DNA from: a virus | Lineage: Duplodnaviria; Caudoviricetes | Length of the DNA stretch: 64,000 bases | Virus record (IMG/VR): IMGVR_UViG_3300047157_000138 | Span: 1,083 to 65,082 of that record | Strand: one strand, 5' to 3' | In this document: positions 22,676 through 32,415 of the stretch, in pieces | Layout of the letters: every line of letters begins with the position of its first letter | Numbering within the stretch: the stretch's first letter is position 1 | Notes under the pieces: model-generated | Databases searched by the model: none | What the model was told of the DNA's origin: nothing | What the model saw: only the letters and a program-made list of their open reading frames with translations | Made by a program: the position numbers and the translations under genes

Positions 22676-23503
22676 TTATTTGCCTACACTCAATGGAGCT
22701 TTTATACTAGGCAAAGGGTTATAATTATTTATTCTTATTTCATTTAATTCAGGTATGTGTAGGATACCAGCAGTATCATTAAACAAACCATAATCTAATT
22801 CTAATTCAGCACACTGAGGATTGTTATATCTTTCTATAAACTCATTAGCTTGATCAATGTGGTTATTATACAAGTGACAATCTCCCAAACTACCAATCAA
22901 TCTACCTGGTTTTAATCCAGCTCCTTTAGCTAACAACTCTAATAATATTCCATACATTGCAATATCGTATGGTAAACCTAAGAATACATCAGCAGATCGT
23001 TGTTGCCACATTAAATCTAACTTACCATCATTAACATATACTTGGAAGCCATAATGACAAGGAGGCAAAGCCATTTGTGGTATATCAGCTGGATTCCATG
23101 CATTAACCATTAATCGTCTGGAGTAAGGTGTGTAATGTAAATCATGCACTAATTGATATAGCTGATCTACTCCATCAAAGTTACGCCATTGTTTACCATA
23201 CACAGGACCTAATGTTTCATCTGTTCTACTTGATCTTTCGTAGTCTGGCCTCCAATACTTAACACCATTATCTTCAAGATACTTTAAGTCTGTCCTACCG
23301 TTAAGAATCCATAGTAGTTCAGTTCTTGCTGCGTTAAAGCTAATACGTTTTGCATTAAGGAGTGGGAATCCAAGAGACATGTCATGTTCAATAATCCTTC
23401 CGAAGACTGATCTAGTTCCAGTTCCTGTACGATCTTTTTTAGCTCTACCTCCATGAAGTATAGCTGATAACAGCGCTTTGTATTCATCTTGTATGTTAAT
23501 CAT
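22676..23503 (-). CDS. thyA: Thymidylate synthase
   Basis: DRTGTGT, LGPVYGKQWR, MALPPCH, QRSADVFLGLPYD, GDCHLYNNH. Confidence 0.97.
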   Translation of the reverse strand: MINIQDEYKALLSAILHGGRAKKDRTGTGTRSVFGRIIEHDMSLGFPLLNAKRISFNAARTELLWILNGRTDLKYLEDNGVKYWRPDYERSSRTDETLGPVYGKQWRNFDGVDQLYQLVHDLHYTPYSRRLMVNAWNPADIPQMALPPCHYGFQVYVNDGKLDLMWQQRSADVFLGLPYDIAMYGILLELLAKGAGLKPGRLIGSLGDCHLYNNHIDQANEFIERYNNPQCAELELDYGLFNDTAGILHIPELNEIRINNYNPLPSIKAPLSVGK

Positions 23504-23708
23504 TTGCTAATACTGATTTAATTTTTTCAACGTAATTAGCTGCATCTAACAGCTCTTCTTGCAAATGTTGTAACCAAGTTAATAAACTTGAATTGTCGCC
23601 ATCTAATGTGACCTTATACTTATTGAAGCCAACATCTGATCTACTAACTAATTGGTCAACGACCTTCTCAATTATTGGATCTCTAAATTCTATTTCTTTT
23701 TTTGTCAT
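23496..23708 (-). CDS. Small all-alpha NTP-pyrophosphatase-like phage protein
   Basis: RSDVGFNKY.VTL...WLQHLQEELLDAANY. Confidence 0.5.
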   Translation of the reverse strand: MTKKEIEFRDPIIEKVVDQLVSRSDVGFNKYKVTLDGDNSSLLTWLQHLQEELLDAANYVEKIKSVLAND

Positions 23709-23959
23709 TTGTTATATTTTTTAAAATAATAGTTATAAAATTCATACATCTTCTGCCACACCTTATTCCTAGGATATTCTTCTGGCGATTGGTTTATGTT
23801 CTTGTTAATCTCGATTATTAGCCACCACTTTGTAGGCGTTCCTCTAATAGTAGGCTTAGGATAAATCCTTATACCATTCTTATTACACCACATACGAGCA
23901 GCCTCATCGTCTTCATCTGAGTTATAATAACCCATCATTGATGCTTTTTTTCTAGGCAT
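23705..23959 (-). CDS. Hypothetical protein
   Basis: ORF tightly coupled with neighbours. Confidence 0.6.
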   Translation of the reverse strand: MPRKKASMMGYYNSDEDDEAARMWCNKNGIRIYPKPTIRGTPTKWWLIIEINKNINQSPEEYPRNKVWQKMYEFYNYYFKKYNK

Positions 23960-25669
23960 CTATTCCCAAGGCATATTCTGATCTTCAGCTGGTGTATGAG
24001 GAATATAACACCCACTATTTCTATCCCAGGTAAAATGACATTCAGCGCCGTTAGTTCCTAAGTTTTGAAACTTACATTTAAGTATCTTTACTTTAACAGT
24101 GTTGAGATCATAATTTCTATGCACTAATAATCCATGATAACTTGCATCATACCATTCACCTCCACCTTTAATAGAATACATGGTTGGCTCATCAATTTCG
24201 CCAGTCTTTTGATTCTTATACATTTTAGTTGGGTGAGCAACAACAAATACTAACACATCGTACTTCTTAGCAAAGACTTCGATCTTCGTTAAATAATCCA
24301 TAGTGTATCTATTAACATCATCAGACTCAGCGTTAATATCTCTCACCTTGTTGAACGGATCAATAACTAGGCATTTAATACCTTTTCTTTTCACCAGCTC
24401 GGCTCCTTTCTTCAAGACAGCTTCAAGTGAATAGCGCTCCATATCGATGTGATAGTAGTTGTCATTACAGTGATCAGCAATTTGATTCCATTTGTCTGTA
24501 TCAATATCTTCTTTAGCTGGCATGCCTTGCCAGTGTTTTCTCATTAGCTTATGAGCGTGGAGAAACGTCGGTACATTTTCAGGCGAAGCGTAAGCCGTTT
24601 TCCAACCATACTTCTGGTTATAGCCGACAACCATTTGATCGACAAAATCACTTTTACCGGAAGAAGGTATACCAGTGACAGTAATGAACTGACCAGTATA
24701 AGTCGAAAAAATATCATCAAAGTTATCCAGCCCGATTTGATAACCCGGAGTGAAGCCATTACGTACAAAGTCCGTAACCTCATCTTCGATATCCCTAAAC
24801 GTTGTAACGTTCTCCATTGGTACAGGTTTTGCTCCTGTAATACGCTTTGATAATTCTTCTTTTCCATGTTTTATTAAGTATTCATTAGCATCTTTACAGT
24901 CATCAAAAGTTGTTATATAACAAACTTCCGATCCCAGACGTCTAATCATTTCATTTTGCAATGCTAATCCGGCATCGTCGGTATCTACTGCTAAGATTAT
25001 TTTATCTTTATCATCAAAGTAATCAATACAGTTATCTAAATAGTCTAGGTTGTTTTGACCTAGCGTTGCACCATTAGGTACTGATATAACATTAGTTATA
25101 CCTGCTTCGTGTAGTGCTAAAGCATCCATTTCACCTTCAACGATTACACAATAGTTATGTCCAACTATCGAATCGATATTATAAAATACTTTTTCAGCAC
25201 CCTTAACTAGCTTAAAGTTTTTGCGACCGTCTCGGTATTTGACGTTCGTAAGTTGACCACCCATGAAGTAATTGAAATGTATAGCATTTTCTTCCTTCTG
25301 AGTTTGTGGCATCCATTCTTTACCTTCTGTAACTTTTAAATCCACTAATGTAGACTTTGATATTCCTCTACCTTTAAACCATTCAACAACAGCGTCTGAT
25401 ACTGTGTATTGTGAATCTTCTACAAATGGCTTAGGCTTTTCGTATACCTTTTCAGCTTTACCTTTTCTTTTATATGTATGTAATTGAAAAGCTGTATTAC
25501 AGTTATGGCAAGTACCGATACCCCTGTCCCAATCATAAGAAGCACACTTTGCTTTCTGATTCTTAGGTTTTCTATCATGAGAACACAAAGGGCATATACC
25601 TTGAGTCTTCTCGTCTAGCTTATGTTGATTGTATACATCAATCTGAAAGCCGTTTATTTCGGTAACCAT
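23960..25669 (-). CDS. Primase-helicase (T7 gp4/Twinkle-like: Zn finger, TOPRIM, SF4 helicase)
   Basis: CPLC...CHNC; IVEGEMDAL, SVPNGA, DTDDAG; Walker A TGIPSSGKS; LVIDP; VVAHP. Confidence 0.93.
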   Translation of the reverse strand: MVTEINGFQIDVYNQHKLDEKTQGICPLCSHDRKPKNQKAKCASYDWDRGIGTCHNCNTAFQLHTYKRKGKAEKVYEKPKPFVEDSQYTVSDAVVEWFKGRGISKSTLVDLKVTEGKEWMPQTQKEENAIHFNYFMGGQLTNVKYRDGRKNFKLVKGAEKVFYNIDSIVGHNYCVIVEGEMDALALHEAGITNVISVPNGATLGQNNLDYLDNCIDYFDDKDKIILAVDTDDAGLALQNEMIRRLGSEVCYITTFDDCKDANEYLIKHGKEELSKRITGAKPVPMENVTTFRDIEDEVTDFVRNGFTPGYQIGLDNFDDIFSTYTGQFITVTGIPSSGKSDFVDQMVVGYNQKYGWKTAYASPENVPTFLHAHKLMRKHWQGMPAKEDIDTDKWNQIADHCNDNYYHIDMERYSLEAVLKKGAELVKRKGIKCLVIDPFNKVRDINAESDDVNRYTMDYLTKIEVFAKKYDVLVFVVAHPTKMYKNQKTGEIDEPTMYSIKGGGEWYDASYHGLLVHRNYDLNTVKVKILKCKFQNLGTNGAECHFTWDRNSGCYIPHTPAEDQNMPWE

Positions 25670-25691
25670 ATATTATTTAATTATTTGAGTT

Positions 25692-25726
25692 AAAAAAAGG
25701 AGAGTACACATTTCTATATACTCTCC
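25692..25726 (-). terminator. Intrinsic terminator after the SSB gene
   Basis: GGAGAGTA/TACTCTCC 8-bp stem followed by T7 on the minus strand. Confidence 0.75.
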
Positions 25727-25755
25727 GATAAATTTAATTAGATTAGTTATAATCT

Positions 25756-26070
25756 TTAGAATGGCAGATCATCATCTGCCGCTGCTGGCGCAGCTTGTGG
25801 TGGTGGCGCTGCCGCTCCTTCTCGAGGTGCTGTTGCAACGTTCGTACCATTTGTCCACACTACTTTTACATTTCCTAAGTAAGTTTTATCCGCTTTTGCT
25901 TCTCGCTCTTCCTTAGATTGCTCTACAATGATTGGTCCATTGTCTCCATAGTTACCAAGCTCGTCATTAATAGTAATTGTGATTGGTAGATACGATCCTT
26001 TTTTACCCTTATAGATCTTATCTTTAGGGATTGCTGCTAAATTTAAATTAGCTTTTAAAATTGATGCCAT
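25756..26070 (-). CDS. Putative single-stranded DNA-binding protein
   Basis: Small beta-rich protein with Pro/Ala linker and acidic DDDLPF tail; lies in the recombination/replication operon. Confidence 0.7.
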   Translation of the reverse strand: MASILKANLNLAAIPKDKIYKGKKGSYLPITITINDELGNYGDNGPIIVEQSKEEREAKADKTYLGNVKVVWTNGTNVATAPREGAAAPPPQAAPAAADDDLPF

Positions 26071-26072
26071 AA

Positions 26073-26255
26073 TTAATAAGTTTGTAATTGGTTAAACATT
26101 CTTGTTAGTTGTTCTTTTGTCGCGCCTGTGGTTCGTCGAATGTTATCGACCGCTTTGACGTGGTTCTGGTTTGTGTAAAAGTTACTAGCTTTTGTTTTTA
26201 CCCCGGTAACTGTACAGGTTCTTTTGTTTGTCATAAAAAAATTAATTAGATTCAT
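26073..26255 (-). CDS. Hypothetical protein
   Basis: ORF directly downstream of an early-type promoter. Confidence 0.55.
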   Translation of the reverse strand: MNLINFFMTNKRTCTVTGVKTKASNFYTNQNHVKAVDNIRRTTGATKEQLTRMFNQLQTY

Positions 26256-26290
26256 ATATATTATATTCTGGTAGTCGTTTTTGTTATAAT
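26256..26290 (-). promoter_or_regulatory. Early-class promoter motif (AAWACG-N11-ATAATA)
   Basis: Minus strand TATAACAAAAACGACTACCAGAATATAATATA. Confidence 0.7.
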
Positions 26291-27034
26291 GTGCCAGACT
26301 TCACATAATCCTTTAAATCAAATAGTGGATCTTCTATTAAGGTTTCATACGCTTCCATTGCTTGCGCAACTTTAGCTTTGCCTCGTTCATAAAATTCTTC
26401 AGAGCAATCATACACGCCTATTTGGTGTGTCTTTCTTACATATAACTAAGAAAACTAAATCGTAGCCAAATATCTCTTTATAAATGTACGCTTGGGAATC
26501 ATAGTTATATATATTTGCACTCTTTTTGAATTTGTTAATATCACCAGTTGTTTTAATATCTACAAGTAATCCTTGATCTTTATTAATACAATCGGCTTTA
26601 CCTTTCCACCAAGTACCATCAATTTCTTTGATACCAGGTTCTTCATTAATGGTATCACCTTTTAAAAGAGATACACAGACTTCGTTGTTTAAGATCTTAG
26701 CAATCATTTCTTCGCATCTGTCTACTTCTTTTTTAAGTAATAACATTTCTTTACCTGACTTTGCAATAGCTTCCTTATAGATCTTTGTTGTTCTTGTTGT
26801 TGCGTCTACATAAGGATAGTTAGCTTTAAGCTTTTCAGGCTCGAGTATTGCAGTGTGGAGATACCCACCGATAAGAAAGTTAATATTCGTACCGGTCGGT
26901 TTTCCAAATTGCTCAGGATCATTTAGTAACTTATATATGTCACTGTTAGATCTATATTGTCTTCCCACACCATTGTAATACTCTTCATCATTTCGTAGTA
27001 ATTCAACTACTTTTTTTTGTTCTGCTTTAGTCAT
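26284..27034 (-). CDS. PD-(D/E)XK exonuclease (RecE/ExoVIII-like); 3' end frameshifted
   Basis: SNSDI, G..LHTAILEP, KGKADC, LVDIKTT, YDSQAYIY; continues past 26408 in another frame. Confidence 0.8.
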
Positions 27035-27606
27035 TAAAGTGTTTCAGTTTTTACTGGCTTTGCTGCTTCTAAGGCTTTCTTAATTGCAGCCGTCATATCG
27101 TACTTACCAGCTATTGCACTTACATCGCCTCCTGCTTCTACAAATTTCAACGCCTTCTTATATAAAGCTGAGGTCTTACTTGTTATTTGCTCTTTTGCTT
27201 TTTTGCCTGAGTGATCGTTAGAAGCGTCCGCATCTGCAGTGTCATCGATTAGGAATAAATTACCTAAAGCGTATTTCTTTGCATAACTGGAGGCTGCTCC
27301 GTATTTTTGCGGCATACTCATACCTTTACTTAATAGGTCGACACCAACGATCGCTACAGCATGTATAGCATTGTCACTTTCTCCGTCAATAATTTTTGCA
27401 GTTGACTGCATGACCGGAGGATCAATACTAACCATCTCTTCAGATACAGTTACCGTTACATTATGTTTAATGCAAAACGGTTTTACAGCTTCCAGTATAT
27501 CTTCTGCTGCTCGGTAATAATATTTACCAAAGCCATTGTACCTGGATTTTTTAGCTTTCATTTCTGCCTGAATAGTAGCTAGTTTTTGGGTTAAATTTAA
27601 TTTCAT
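27034..27606 (-). CDS. ERF-family ssDNA annealing protein
   Basis: N.FGKYYYR.AEDILEAVKP and QKYGAASSYAKKYALGNLFLIDDTADAD. Confidence 0.88.
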   Translation of the reverse strand: MKLNLTQKLATIQAEMKAKKSRYNGFGKYYYRAAEDILEAVKPFCIKHNVTVTVSEEMVSIDPPVMQSTAKIIDGESDNAIHAVAIVGVDLLSKGMSMPQKYGAASSYAKKYALGNLFLIDDTADADASNDHSGKKAKEQITSKTSALYKKALKFVEAGGDVSAIAGKYDMTAAIKKALEAAKPVKTETL

Positions 27607-27694
27607 TTATATAGTGTTTATTGGTTTATAATTTGTGAACTTTGGTACATTATAATTATTACACATTTTTCAAGAAATTAATTAAGTGTGTAAC

Positions 27695-28457
27695 TTACAG
27701 GTAATCAACCACTTGTGACGGTGAAACATTGGCTATTAATTTGCTAATTGCTTCCTTTTTTATTTGCGAAATTCTTACGCCCTTAGCGGTATTGAACTTG
27801 AATACCTAAAAATTTAGCAATTTCAACTGGCATTGCATTTTATCACAATCAAGGCCAAAAGATAATCTTATTACCTGAAACTGAGTGTCTTTCTAAATGG
27901 GATTTCATTAAGCTCAACAAGTAAGCGTTTAATAAGATTTAAATTATATTTAGGGTGAAGTATCTTCTATCTGATGATATATATTTTCGCCGTTAGAATC
28001 TACTCCTGTTTCTAGCTTTATTAAATATGTGAATTAAAAAACATAGATACAATAGCTTCGTCACTTGTTTTTACGTATTTCATTTATCTTATGTTCAGGT
28101 ATTCTCATATCTCCCCTGTTAGCATATCTATATATCTACGTATAGCTCCTTTTATTCTTTTGCTAAAGAAACTTTTTAAAGTTTTTTCAATGTCTTCAGA
28201 ATCATTAAGTAGAGCCCAGTCTAATTTATCTATAGCTTTATTAACCTAGCATTACCTTCTTGTATAAGATCATTTATAGTCAGTACACCTGATGCTTGTT
28301 GTGACGTAGAAAATTTTCTAGCTAAGTTTTCTACAAGATACATAAACTTGATTATTAGCTCATTTCTAGTATATTCATCCCAAAATTTACCTTCGGGCAT
28401 AGATAATTTTAAATCTTCTTTGTATCTAACGTAATTTTGTACGTTGTATTTTTTCAT
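27695..28457 (-). CDS. Phage sigma70-family factor (frameshifted in this assembly)
   Basis: LVENLARKF, DLIQEGN..LIKA.DK, FFSKRIKGAIRR (region 2); VRISQIKKEAISKL (region 4) read across indels. Confidence 0.85.
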
Positions 28458-28717
28458 GTTATTGTATTGCTACGGATAGTAAAACCATCCCAGTTAATGT
28501 GACCCACATAAGTAGTTGCCACGCGTATATTGCTTTTTGTTCTCGTGGATTGTTTATTCCACCATGCTTTTATTTTCTTCATTGTCTTTAGTTTTACATA
28601 AGCAATATCCTTTGTCCAGCGTGCAATCGCATAGCCTCCATTGCATATTCTTATTTATTATATCTTCTTGCTTCAATTCAGTTAAACGTTAAAGTTTCGA
28701 TGTTTTTTGCAAAAAGT

Positions 28718-28750
28718 TGTAGTTTTCTCACAAAAACATGTGATTATATA
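28718..28750 (+). promoter_or_regulatory. Late-class promoter-like motif, antisense to the early arm
   Basis: TGTAGTTTT-N12-TGTGATTATA, same bipartite motif as 35370, 37598, 46382. Confidence 0.55.
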
Positions 28751-28855
28751 TGTATAAACAAATTTTTATTGTAGTTTAATTTTATTTTTTATCAAAAAAT
28801 ATATATTACTAGTTTTAAATACATTTTGCATATTCATTATATGTCACGGGTTGAT

Positions 28856-29107
28856 CTATTCATTTTCTCTTTGTATCTTTCTAAGATCACTAAGTTGTTT
28901 GAATGCCGATGCAGCCTTAGTAAAGTCTTCATTAACCTCATAATACTGGATCAATAATTCTAGCTCTTTAATTTGTTGCTCGTCAGTTACCATAATGTCA
29001 AGCCATTCTGAGGGATCTTCTTGCATAACTCTTGCGTCATCTTCCAACTTTTCAAATATTCTTTTTACTATTTCCGAGGACAAATCCTCTATTTCTTGTT
29101 CAGTCAT
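28856..29107 (-). CDS. Hypothetical acidic helical protein
   Basis: ORF; C-term EDFTKAA is weakly UvrB/C-like. Confidence 0.55.
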   Translation of the reverse strand: MTEQEIEDLSSEIVKRIFEKLEDDARVMQEDPSEWLDIMVTDEQQIKELELLIQYYEVNEDFTKAASAFKQLSDLRKIQRENE

Positions 29108-29448
29108 TTCTATTTTTATTTAGTGATATTTTAACGTTTTTCCATTTGCCTAAGACTATATGATTGTCTACTAAGAAGTCTATTTTAAATACGAATCTTT
29201 TATTCATTCTGTCTTCAACGGTCCATATACCATTCATCTTACCAGCGTTTTCAACACAAACCTCAGCGCCAAAAGTAAAGCCAAAAGCTTCAAGATCGCG
29301 TGATACAGCCAGCCACCGGTGTTTACCTGGGTTATCTGCATCGATCTTTTTGTTTGACGCCGTGATGAGGGGTGTCGAGTCTGTTTGATGAGGGTACAGC
29401 GTTGTATACGGTGGCGGTTACGAGTATGTATAGCAACAGCGTTTTCAT
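29100..29448 (-). CDS. 3D-domain (lytic-transglycosylase-like) protein, one apparent frameshift
   Basis: Manual translation MKTLLLYILVTATVYNAV/PHQTDSTPLITAS...WLAVSRDL...VEDRMNKR...IDFLV. Confidence 0.75.
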
Positions 29449-29678
29449 CGATCTAATTGGTATATTAAAGTATCAATTACATCTCTAGAAACCCAGCCAG
29501 CAACTTTATCATTGCCACAATTAATAAATTTGTCAGTAATAAAATCACCTTTAGTATTTATTAATGCAACTTCGAATGAAGTATATGAATCAGGTTCTAA
29601 GCCATTCTCGCGAGGGTTCGAGTATATACTATCACCAGCTTGAATGCTTATAGTTACTCTGCTTTTAGTTTTGAGCAC
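29445..29678 (-). CDS. Hypothetical phage protein (start probably further upstream)
   Basis: ORF with SIQAG..IYS.PR and FEVA motifs. Confidence 0.55.
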   Translation of the reverse strand: MLKTKSRVTISIQAGDSIYSNPRENGLEPDSYTSFEVALINTKGDFITDKFINCGNDKVAGWVSRDVIDTLIYQLDR

Positions 29679-29793
29679 AGCTCCAATACCGCCGTGAGAT
29701 TGTTTGTAAATTTTAAGTCGTCTATAGTTATCATTAGTTAAATATTATCATAGTTAGTATTTTTAGTGGAACACGAGTCCAACTTTGTGGTTG

Positions 29794-30375
29794 TTAGGGT
29801 TGTACCATTTGGTTGCGTCGTAAGTCATACTCACTGCTATCGTTATAGCCAGCACTGTCAATGAGATCACTAGTAGAGCTAAAAATTCGGGTGTGGCGAT
29901 CGGTCTTCTCATTTATTAAGTGTTTTTGTTTTCCTGAGTCACTGTATATAATATCATAGTTATCAGGTAGTTGTACTTCTTTAGTTAATTGTATCATATT
30001 AGTGTAAGAATAAAACTTGACATCAGGGTTATCTTTAGCAATTTGAATCCACTTATTTAAGTAAGATCTACTATAATAATCACCAGAGTCATGCACTCTT
30101 ACAAAGTCGGGTTTCTTACGTCTGATCTCTTCATTCATTGTTGGTATGAATTCATCAGTTTTACTCAACTCATATCGCTTTTCAAAAGCGGGTTGGACGT
30201 TAGACCAGATGTAAGCACCTTTCTTAGCATAACAGAACTTAACACACTCATCAGCCATAGGACAAGTAAGTTTACCTGATGCAGATTTGTATGCGGGTAT
30301 ACCGAAGTTCATTAGCTTAACACCAAAGTGTTTACTAGTCTTTTTAATTTTAGAATTTTGTGTAAGTAAGTTCAT
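29794..30375 (-). CDS. Gp88-like (radical-SAM-related) protein
   Basis: LLTQNSK, TCPMADECVKFCYA, VRVHDSGDYYS, FYSYT. Confidence 0.8.
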   Translation of the reverse strand: MNLLTQNSKIKKTSKHFGVKLMNFGIPAYKSASGKLTCPMADECVKFCYAKKGAYIWSNVQPAFEKRYELSKTDEFIPTMNEEIRRKKPDFVRVHDSGDYYSRSYLNKWIQIAKDNPDVKFYSYTNMIQLTKEVQLPDNYDIIYSDSGKQKHLINEKTDRHTRIFSSTSDLIDSAGYNDSSEYDLRRNQMVQP

Positions 30376-30391
30376 ATTGTTATTATTTAAT

Positions 30392-30427
30392 TATATTATC
30401 TTTATAGTTGCGTATTGTATCTGCAAC
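30392..30427 (-). promoter_or_regulatory. Early-class promoter motif
   Basis: TTGCAGATACAATACGCAACTATAAAGATAATATA. Confidence 0.75.
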
Positions 30428-30973
30428 TAGACGTCATCCATCCAAAGCCATATTGCTAAGGAGATCATTGCTAATACTATACCAATTAGCATTAGTCTAG
30501 TAGCACCATGTAAGCTTCAGGGTTTGTTTTGCGAAACCAGTTACAGAGCTTTGTTAAATTGAGTAATAAGTTTATGTTCTCTATTGGTGTACATTACTAT
30601 TCGCACCCTTTTATAAAGTCATACATAGATAACTCTATATTATTTAATTTTATTGATTCACCTGAAAATGGATTTTCTACATCAGCACCGTGGGGTATAA
30701 TTTACCCCCACTTTTAATAAACCATTTAGGTAGTTCTTGATCTTTCATATTATACTATTTTATTAAAGTGTTGTTTTTATTATTTGTATTAATAAACGCA
30801 CCAGCTGATGGCGATGCACGTAAGCCTTCCCACATACGTATGGTTCAACGTCTGATATTCGTAAGCAATGCGTTAGAACATTACAAATAATTTTTAGATC
30901 GGTTATAGTACGTTGCGTACTGAATTGCACTGGACTCGACGATCAAGTCTTCTTTAATTATTTTACTCATAGT

Positions 30974-31458
30974 TTATTCGAATTGCGAAGCGCAGGTGTA
31001 TAGCACTTCTTTGTTAGTATTAGCACAGTGTGCTTTCTCATTAATATAATAGTTACGGTATGCAGCAACAGAATCGCCTTCAACTTTGTATTCATCGGGC
31101 ATACATTGTGGCATTTCAGTTAGGACCAATATTAAATATAGGACCTGGTGTTTGTGACAATACGTCGCGACATTTAGTAATAGTTAGGTGTTCTTTATTA
31201 TAACGCTTTTTATATTCTTTACCAAGAGCCATCATGTGAAAGTATAGCCAAGCGTAGTTTGATCGAGAGGTCACGTACCCATATAGCTGATGGATGGTTT
31301 TTATGTGTTAACTTATAAGGTACATCGATTTCACTGTCAAGCATTATATGTGCAGAACAGAGTAGTTGAGCGGACTCAAGGATCATTTTAACAACGTGCT
31401 TATTGTATTGTAATTGTGCAGCACGTTCAGGGTCGGAGTTTAAATAAAATATATTCAT
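30974..31458 (-). CDS. Pyrimidine-dimer DNA glycosylase-like (DenV/Pyr_excise family), frameshifted
   Basis: MNIFYL...KHVVKMILESAQLL...YKLTHKNHPSAIWVR; downstream frame gives PQCMPDEYK..DSVAAYRNYY..EK. Confidence 0.75.
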
Positions 31459-31461
31459 ACA

Positions 31462-31500
31462 GTTATTATCTTTAAGTTAGTGACGTATTTAAGTCTGCGA
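31462..31500 (-). promoter_or_regulatory. Early-class promoter motif (spacer 3 nt longer than the others)
   Basis: CGCAGACTTAAATACGTCACTAACTTAAAGATAATA. Confidence 0.55.
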
Positions 31501-32063
31501 ACTTTATTTAGTTGTTCTATAGTTATTATTCGATCTAATATTTTTTGATGTTTACCAGTAGTATCTTCATTAGTATGTTTAATTTCTTTAAGTAATGAGG
31601 TATTTTGGTTGGCCAAACATAACCCTGATTCGATCAAATGCAATTCAACGTCAGCTTACATCGTCATATAGAATGAGTCGATCATTTGCTCTACTGCTTG
31701 GTCGATTAGATCTTCATCGTCACAGTATATAGACAAACCGTTGCGTATAGCATCTTGTAGTTGTTCAATGATTCGCTATTATTTTCACTGTAGATATACT
31801 TCATTCAGCAATACATATACTGTTAGGGTTGTGTGTACATACCCATACAGAGTAGCCGTCACGTGTAGATTCTTCGTATACATATAGATCTTGTTCTATC
31901 CCAGCGGTTATCGCTACACGAGCTTCGTAGTGGTTTAATACTTTCATAGTACAAACCAGATGAATCAGCCTCAATTTGTTTTTGACTACAGCCTAATTTT
32001 CTAACTCAGCTTCAATAATTTCATTCAGTTAATAGTTTCATATTTATTATATTTAAGGGTTTA

Positions 32064-32100
32064 TTATATTATCTTTAGGTTAACGTATTTAATCTGCAAA
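32064..32100 (-). promoter_or_regulatory. Early-class promoter motif
   Basis: TTGCAGATTAAATACGTTAACCTAAAGATAATATA. Confidence 0.75.
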
Positions 32101-32328
32101 ATTATCAAGTGCATCAAGTATGTACTCGTAGATTTCTTTTTCTTTTTGTTCACCATCAAGTATTAATCGCTGTTCTTCTAGAGTAATACCACCATAGATT
32201 TTAGTTTTTAACGCTTTTTTAGCATCTTCAATAGAAAACATAAGGTTTACTAGTTTAGATTGGATCTTGTCGGTCGCCAAAGTATGGAGGGCAGGATCTT
32301 CTCTAAAGATTTCATAATCTTCATTCAT
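32089..32328 (-). CDS. Hypothetical early protein
   Basis: 79-aa ORF on the early strand. Confidence 0.6.
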   Translation of the reverse strand: MNEDYEIFREDPALHTLATDKIQSKLVNLMFSIEDAKKALKTKIYGGITLEEQRLILDGEQKEKEIYEYILDALDNFAD

Positions 32329-32346
32329 AAGTTTAGTTTAAAGTTA

Positions 32347-32415
32347 GTGGATAGTGAGGAATCGAACCTCATACTCGTCAGCAGCACACCCGGTCGGGGC
32401 ATCCATACCTATCCT
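32347..32415 (-). ncRNA. tRNA-like element (canonical T-arm, 6-bp acceptor-like stem, no normal D/anticodon arms)
   Basis: GGATAG...TGAGG-TTCGATT-CCTCA-CTATCC. Confidence 0.6.
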
